From Candidatus Moraniibacteriota bacterium (GTDB taxonomy: Bacteria; Patescibacteriota; Minisyncoccia; Moranbacterales; GCA-2747515): DNA of 64,000 nt. Where the stretch lies: contig CAMZLB010000031.1 of NCBI GenBank assembly GCA_947311515.1, positions 922 through 64,921 on the forward strand, read 5' to 3'. Within the stretch, counting starts at the first letter, position 1. Every line of letters starts with the position of its first letter. The position numbers and the translations under genes are program-made. Positions 59,105 to 64,000 of this stretch are shown here, in pieces. Below the pieces are notes generated by a model. The model did not search any database. It was not told where the DNA came from and was given only the letters and a program-made list of their open reading frames with translations.

Positions 59105-60640
59105 ATGAAGTACTGTTTAGATATAAATTCAACAATTCCATTTATTTGTTCAAAAAACCTTCGAAAAATTGCAGAAAAAAACGTAGGTGAAAATAACATT
59201 TTAGATGTGTCTCAAGGTGAACCAGGTTACGGATTTTCTCCAAGTGCACGTTCTAGAAGATTTTTTGGTTTTTTAGCTTTTTTAGATATAGAATTCAATG
59301 ATTATAGAGTAAATAAATCATTTAGACAATTAAGCGAATCTCAATTAGATGAAATAGAAGATAGAATACTACATTCAGCTAACAAAAATTTTTCAGAAAT
59401 TATTGCTAAAGAACTTTTATCTGATTGGACATTTTTCATAAAAAAATTAGAGAATATTGCAGAAAAACAAAATCTTTGTATGGACAGATTTCAAATTATG
59501 CAAGAATTATTCAAGTATTCAAATTTAATGGGTGGTAGATACCCTCAACCAAATGGACATATTCTTTTAAATGCTACATTTGCACAGAACCATACAGAAC
59601 AACTCGGACTAGAAGTTAAACATCATGAGCTAATAACAACGATTGGTGCGGCTCACGCAATAGGAACAACATTTAAAGCTCTAGGAGATGAAGGAATTGG
59701 ATTTTTAAAAAATGGGGACTCCGTTGTGATGACTTCTCCTGTTTATGCTCCTTATAATGACATTTTTATAGAAAGAGGTATAAAAGTTCATTCATTATCA
59801 ATAAATCCAGACACTGGAACCCTAGAAAAAGAAAGCTTTGCAGAAATACAAAAACAATCAGACCAAATAAAAGCTATAATACTTATTTCTCCAAACAATC
59901 CAACTGGTTTCGAATCAAGTGATGAACTATTTGAATCTGTTATAAAACTAGCTAAAACTCACAATTCCATAATAATAACTGATGAAGTATATCTTGGTTT
60001 TTTTGAAAATGCAAAAAGTATTTCTAGTTACCCTGAAGCAAGAGAAAGATTAATACTAATAGACTCTATATCAAAAATTGAACGAGCAACGGGAGTTAGA
60101 GCTGGTAATATATACATATCTGACACTGCTAATGAATTTATATCAAATAATATATTAAAAGAATACTTTACTGAAAAAATTGATAATATTAGAAAATTAT
60201 TACAACTTGCTAAAAGTCCTGGTGGTAAAAATATAGGCATATTTCAACACATAACTGGAATTCCTGGACCGTCAGTTGCGATATCACTTTGTCATTTAAT
60301 ATTAGGAAAAGAAGAGAGAATTCATTATATAAATGCCCTCCATAAAAAATGTGACATCTTTTATAAGACTATCGGAATTAAACATAATGGGAATCAGTAC
60401 TATGGAATAATAAATTTAAATAAGATTGAATCTGATCGCTCAAAAAATAGAGATATTGAATTGATACTTGAAATATTAGCTGAAAAAGGCGTTGTTCTTA
60501 TGCCTGCAAATATGTTTTTTTCAGAAAGTGATAAAAATAATAAAGACAGAACTCGCGTGATGAGAATTAGCTTGCCAAATTTATCATTTGAAGATACCAA
60601 AAAAGCTGCTCAAATAATAAAGGAAACTTGCTCTATATAA
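59105..60640 (+). CDS. PLP-dependent aminotransferase class I/II with long N-terminal extension
   Basis: LISPNNPTG. SISKxxxxxGxRxG PLP-lysine motif (IDSISKIERATGVRAGN). 511 aa. Length and extension reminiscent of aspartate 4-decarboxylase-type enzymes (unverified). Confidence 0.65.
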   Translation: MKYCLDINSTIPFICSKNLRKIAEKNVGENNILDVSQGEPGYGFSPSARSRRFFGFLAFLDIEFNDYRVNKSFRQLSESQLDEIEDRILHSANKNFSEIIAKELLSDWTFFIKKLENIAEKQNLCMDRFQIMQELFKYSNLMGGRYPQPNGHILLNATFAQNHTEQLGLEVKHHELITTIGAAHAIGTTFKALGDEGIGFLKNGDSVVMTSPVYAPYNDIFIERGIKVHSLSINPDTGTLEKESFAEIQKQSDQIKAIILISPNNPTGFESSDELFESVIKLAKTHNSIIITDEVYLGFFENAKSISSYPEARERLILIDSISKIERATGVRAGNIYISDTANEFISNNILKEYFTEKIDNIRKLLQLAKSPGGKNIGIFQHITGIPGPSVAISLCHLILGKEERIHYINALHKKCDIFYKTIGIKHNGNQYYGIINLNKIESDRSKNRDIELILEILAEKGVVLMPANMFFSESDKNNKDRTRVMRISLPNLSFEDTKKAAQIIKETCSI

Positions 60641-60674
60641 TTTTAAAACCTTTCTAATTAGTTACTTTTCAAAA

Positions 60675-60706
60675 AATAAGACTTTGCTAAGTCTTATTTT
60701 TATTTA
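60675..60706 (+). terminator. Rho-independent terminator after aminotransferase gene
   Basis: AATAAGACTT-tgct-AAGTCTTATT perfect 10-bp stem followed by TTTATTT. Confidence 0.55.
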
Positions 60707-61431
60707 ACTCTCCATTTCTACTTCATTATCTTAAGTGTTACTATAACAGAGATTTTCAAAATATCATCTTACCTTCTTTTTTCTTTTATCTCCTTCCATT
60801 TTTTAAATTTGTTTTACTATAACATCTTTAAGAATTTTTAAACTTTTTTCATTTAAATAATCTTCTTAATTTTAAAAAATAAATCTATTATCCAACGAAT
60901 AAAAGTTTTCTTTTAATAAATCAAAGTTCCTTCATTTATTGTCTATCTTATACAAATCTTCACGTTTTTTAATATATCATTTTCTTCCTTGTGTTTTTTT
61001 AATCTCTTCTGTAACTTTTGCTTTCGCTTCAACTTCATTTATTTTCTTTCTTTTTTAATAAGTTTTGTTCTGTGAACAGTCTACTTTTCAATAAGATTCT
61101 TATCTTCTACTAAATTACTTTATTTTTGACGCAAATGTCTGATAACCCTTTCTATATCACTACCTAATTCTAAATATTTTAACAAGTTCGTGATAGTTTT
61201 CTTTAATTGAACAATAAACTTCATTCGTTTTAAAGTATTTTTTTTATTGACTACGCTATAATTAACGGAATATTATATTCTTTAAAATTCTCTCGTTGTG
61301 ACTGAAAAAAATTTTAAAATATATCTGAAACCTCCTCCCTTTTGCAAAATACAGCTTTGATATTTTTAAATAACTTTATGCACTCTTAATATCTACAATT
61401 TGTAAATATCTAACGTAAATTATGCTATAGA

Positions 61432-62790
61432 TTATTTATCAATCTTATCTAATTCTTCCATAACTACTTTCCTATCATCCCATGGCATATGTTCACCGTT
61501 TGCTTTTACTATGGCTTGTTCCGAACCTTTTCCTGTTATAAGAATAACATCACCTTTGTTGGATATTTTAAGAGCTTTTCTAATAGCCTTCCTCCTATCT
61601 AAAACCCTAAATAAATTTTTATTATCAACTTTCCCAGCATTCACAGCCCCATTTGCAACTGCATTTATTATATCCATTGGATTATCATCATAAGGATCTT
61701 CATCTGTCACTATCACATTTTTAGCTTTTTTTCCTGCAATAAATCCTATTTTTTCCATTCTATCTATATCTCTACCACCACCTGTTCCTCCGAGTACATG
61801 AATTATTTCATTGGGATTTAAAAATGATACAGTTTCATACAACTTAGTAATTGCAACTGGTTCAAATGCATAATCTACTATTATAGTAATTCCTAATTTA
61901 TTTGAAATTTTTTCAAGTCTTCCTGGTATCCCTCTGATTTTTTCTAAACCTTTTTTGATTTGTGTGTAATTTAAATTTAACGATTTAGCTACGCAACTAG
62001 ACGCCGCAATATTTGTGGCTGTAAAATCTCCCAATAATTTTAATTGAATTTTTTGATTATTCAAAGATATGAAAATTCCATCTTTATTTGTCTTTAGATA
62101 TTTATACACAATACATTCATTATTTGTATATCTGCATTTATTTTTAATTGTAAAATTTATTTTTTTTGGAACATTAAAATTTGAAAAATCTTTTGCATAT
62201 TTATCATCTTCATTTACTACGATAGTTTTTTTAACTTCAATTTTTTTTCCATTTGTATCAACTAAACTTTTATTTTTAGATTTTTCAAGATGTCTAAAAA
62301 GCTTAAGTTTTGCTTGTTTATAGTTTTCGAAACTTCCATGAGAATCAATATGTTCAGGATACAAGCCCGTAAAAACAAAAGTATCATAATTTATAAATCT
62401 ATGCCTAAACTGTACTACTCCCTCACTTGTAGTCTCAACTATAGCTACCTTACAACCACTTTTCACCATATCCCTTAGAATTTTTTGCGTAAAAAATCTC
62501 CCCACCATTGTCATTTTTTTATCATTTAACCATTCCTTTTTTCCATCATTAAACATCGCAGTAGAAGTATACCCAGTTTTTATACCTGCATTATTTAATA
62601 TGTTTGCAGTTAGAAATGTAACAGTAGTTTTACCAGTAGTACCTGTAACTCCCACAACAATAAGTTCATTACTAGGAAATCCATAGATCAATGCCGCAAA
62701 ACCATTCATTAGATAATGATATATTGGCTGGACTTTTCTAAAGAGTGTATTAGGAATACATTTTTTTATCAAAAATAAAACTTTTTTCAT
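61432..62790 (-). CDS. Mur ligase family protein (MurE-like UDP-N-acetylmuramoyl-tripeptide synthetase)
   Basis: VVGVTGTTGKTT P-loop. C-terminal GDVILITGKGSEQ. ORF table start 62862 overlaps femAB-like gene; Met at 62788-62790 (MKKVLFLIKK...) is more plausible. Confidence 0.65.
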   Translation of the reverse strand: MKKVLFLIKKCIPNTLFRKVQPIYHYLMNGFAALIYGFPSNELIVVGVTGTTGKTTVTFLTANILNNAGIKTGYTSTAMFNDGKKEWLNDKKMTMVGRFFTQKILRDMVKSGCKVAIVETTSEGVVQFRHRFINYDTFVFTGLYPEHIDSHGSFENYKQAKLKLFRHLEKSKNKSLVDTNGKKIEVKKTIVVNEDDKYAKDFSNFNVPKKINFTIKNKCRYTNNECIVYKYLKTNKDGIFISLNNQKIQLKLLGDFTATNIAASSCVAKSLNLNYTQIKKGLEKIRGIPGRLEKISNKLGITIIVDYAFEPVAITKLYETVSFLNPNEIIHVLGGTGGGRDIDRMEKIGFIAGKKAKNVIVTDEDPYDDNPMDIINAVANGAVNAGKVDNKNLFRVLDRRKAIRKALKISNKGDVILITGKGSEQAIVKANGEHMPWDDRKVVMEELDKIDK

Positions 62791-62797
62791 AACTTTA

Positions 62798-63751
62798 TTA
62801 TTTTTTAATTTTCTTTTTAATTGAAAGTAATGTTCTATAAGAGTTATAACTAAGTGGTACAATTACTAAATCATAAGAACCTTTAAATTTATAAATTTCT
62901 TCCTTTGGTGCAAATCCCTTCTTGAATCTAGTTATACCTTTTTTACCTGCGTTATCTGAATCTGGAAATACTCCACCAAAATCATAAAATTTACAATTCA
63001 TTTTTATTGCTTTTTTAAATGCTTCAAATTGAAGTAAAAATGGTGCCATTAAGTTTCTATAACTTTCACCTGTAGCACCGTGCAAATAAGTTGCTACACC
63101 TAAATAAAATGTAACTATATTCGCCGCTATGTAATTATCTTCAAATTTTGCAACAGCTAATGATATTAACTCCACTGGTATCTCCTTAAACATATTTAAA
63201 TAATGTTCTCTATTGTGAAAAACTACTCCTTTTCTCTTACTTGTATCCTTAACCATCTCAAAAAATGCATCAAATGCTCTCTCAAAATCTTCATCACCAT
63301 ATTTTATAAATTCAACCTGAACACCTTTTTTCTTTGCAAGTCTAACATTGTACCTAGTTTTTGATTTCATTCTCTTAAAAATCTCCTCTCCTGTCTCAGG
63401 AATTTTAATTATAAGATGATCTCTAGGTTGCATATCATGTGGAGATTCAATAATTTTAAATTTCTGCAACTTCTTTAATTGTTCTGAATTTTCAATATCC
63501 ATCCTAATCCATTTACATTTATTTTCTTTTGCGATTTTTATAAATTTTTCTATTAAATCCAAATGCTCATCAAATAATCTTGGGATATATAAGTATTTAC
63601 CTATAAATTTAATATTTTGAATAACACCAAATGCTTCTGTATTTAAATTTTTAGCATTCACTACCTGTTTTTTTTCCTTCCTGTAAATAGACGCCCAATA
63701 TTTTGATTGCAGTAGTCCTCCCTCTGATTTTACTTTATTATTTGATATCAT
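62798..63751 (-). CDS. FemAB/FemX-family peptidoglycan interpeptide-bridge peptidyltransferase
   Basis: N-terminal ...LLQSKYWASIYRKE... C-terminal GITRFKKGFAPKEE. 317 aa. Adjacent to Mur ligase. Confidence 0.65.
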   Translation of the reverse strand: MISNNKVKSEGGLLQSKYWASIYRKEKKQVVNAKNLNTEAFGVIQNIKFIGKYLYIPRLFDEHLDLIEKFIKIAKENKCKWIRMDIENSEQLKKLQKFKIIESPHDMQPRDHLIIKIPETGEEIFKRMKSKTRYNVRLAKKKGVQVEFIKYGDEDFERAFDAFFEMVKDTSKRKGVVFHNREHYLNMFKEIPVELISLAVAKFEDNYIAANIVTFYLGVATYLHGATGESYRNLMAPFLLQFEAFKKAIKMNCKFYDFGGVFPDSDNAGKKGITRFKKGFAPKEEIYKFKGSYDLVIVPLSYNSYRTLLSIKKKIKK

Positions 63752-63788
63752 GTTACAATGATACTATAAATATTAATTTATACAAAAT

Positions 63789-64000
63789 ATGGAACCTATA
63801 AGACTACAGAAATATTTAGCAACACTAGGCATTGGATCAAGACGTGGTATAGAGCAGATGATGATAGAAGGAAAAATAAAGGTTAATGGTAAAAAACCAA
63901 AACTTGGAGATAAGGTAACCTCTAGGGATAGAATATTAGTAGATGGAAAGAAAATAAAGCATACACCCGAACTAAAAAGACTAATAGCATTTCATAAACC
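63789..64000 (+). CDS. RsuA/RluB-type pseudouridine synthase, N-terminal S4 domain (3' end off window)
   Basis: MEPIRLQKYLATLGIGSRRGIEQMMIEGKIKVNGKK... Confidence 0.6.
   Translation, partial: MEPIRLQKYLATLGIGSRRGIEQMMIEGKIKVNGKKPKLGDKVTSRDRILVDGKKIKHTPELKRLIAFHK

Noticed and set aside
1-64000. Alternative genetic code (UGA or UAA reassigned), as in some CPR or Mollicutes
   Set aside because: Long housekeeping ORFs (uvrA, polA, pyk, nusA) are intact under the standard code. TAA is used as a genuine terminator, e.g. uvrA and the sortase N-terminal part. Only four lesions exist, all in envelope genes.
1-64000. CRISPR array, or an intact prophage or mobile element
   Set aside because: No regularly spaced direct repeats. 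No integrase, phage or complete transposase ORFs. Only a decayed IS256-like fossil was seen.

Overview
The window is a 64-kb stretch of a very AT-rich bacterial chromosome, about 28% GC by eye. It is compact, mostly minus-strand coding, and reads with the standard code: long ORFs such as uvrA, polA and pyk are intact, and TAA/TAG/TGA act as stops. The gene content is consistent with a small-genome monoderm, possibly CPR/Patescibacteria-like, but that lineage call is inference from content.

Supported genes:
- Pilus cluster at 1-4448: a type IV pilus assembly cluster pilM-pilN-pilO-pilB.
- Housekeeping genes: uvrA, a short uvrC, polA, holA, nusA, tig, clpP, ppa, pyk, map, htpX, lemA, lgt, rsmA, lysA, yebC, rbfA, nrnA, an ABC-F ATPase, a MurE-like ligase, a FemAB-like peptidyltransferase and partial rluB.
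- RNA genes: three tRNAs, Leu-TAA, Cys-GCA and Arg-CCT.

The most unusual region is 45.2-53.0 kb. It holds a roughly 1,750-aa cell-surface protein with SdrD-B/Cna-B-type tandem repeats and a C-terminal LAKTG motif. The ORF is broken into three pieces by one -1 frameshift and one in-frame TAA. Upstream is a near-consensus promoter whose 19-nt spacer contains a G8 homopolymer. Next to it is a sortase gene split by a frameshift at a poly-A7 tract, and a degraded IS256-family transposase remnant. Together this looks like a phase-variable or decaying adhesin-sortase contingency locus.

Other notable items:
- a pseudogenised duplicate of the rsmA 5' end, 330 bp, upstream of lysA
- a small secreted tandem-repeat protein gene with an in-frame TAA
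- a compositionally foreign GC-rich mini-gene with its own sigma70-type promoter, SD and terminator
- a tightly coupled radical-SAM / ICMT-family methyltransferase / lgt / small membrane protein operon
- a secreted dockerin-like plus parallel beta-helix protein
- a DUF2130-like coiled-coil protein next to an AGOG-like glycosylase candidate
- a 120-bp imperfect inverted repeat between clpP and rsmA

No CRISPR array and no intact mobile element were seen.
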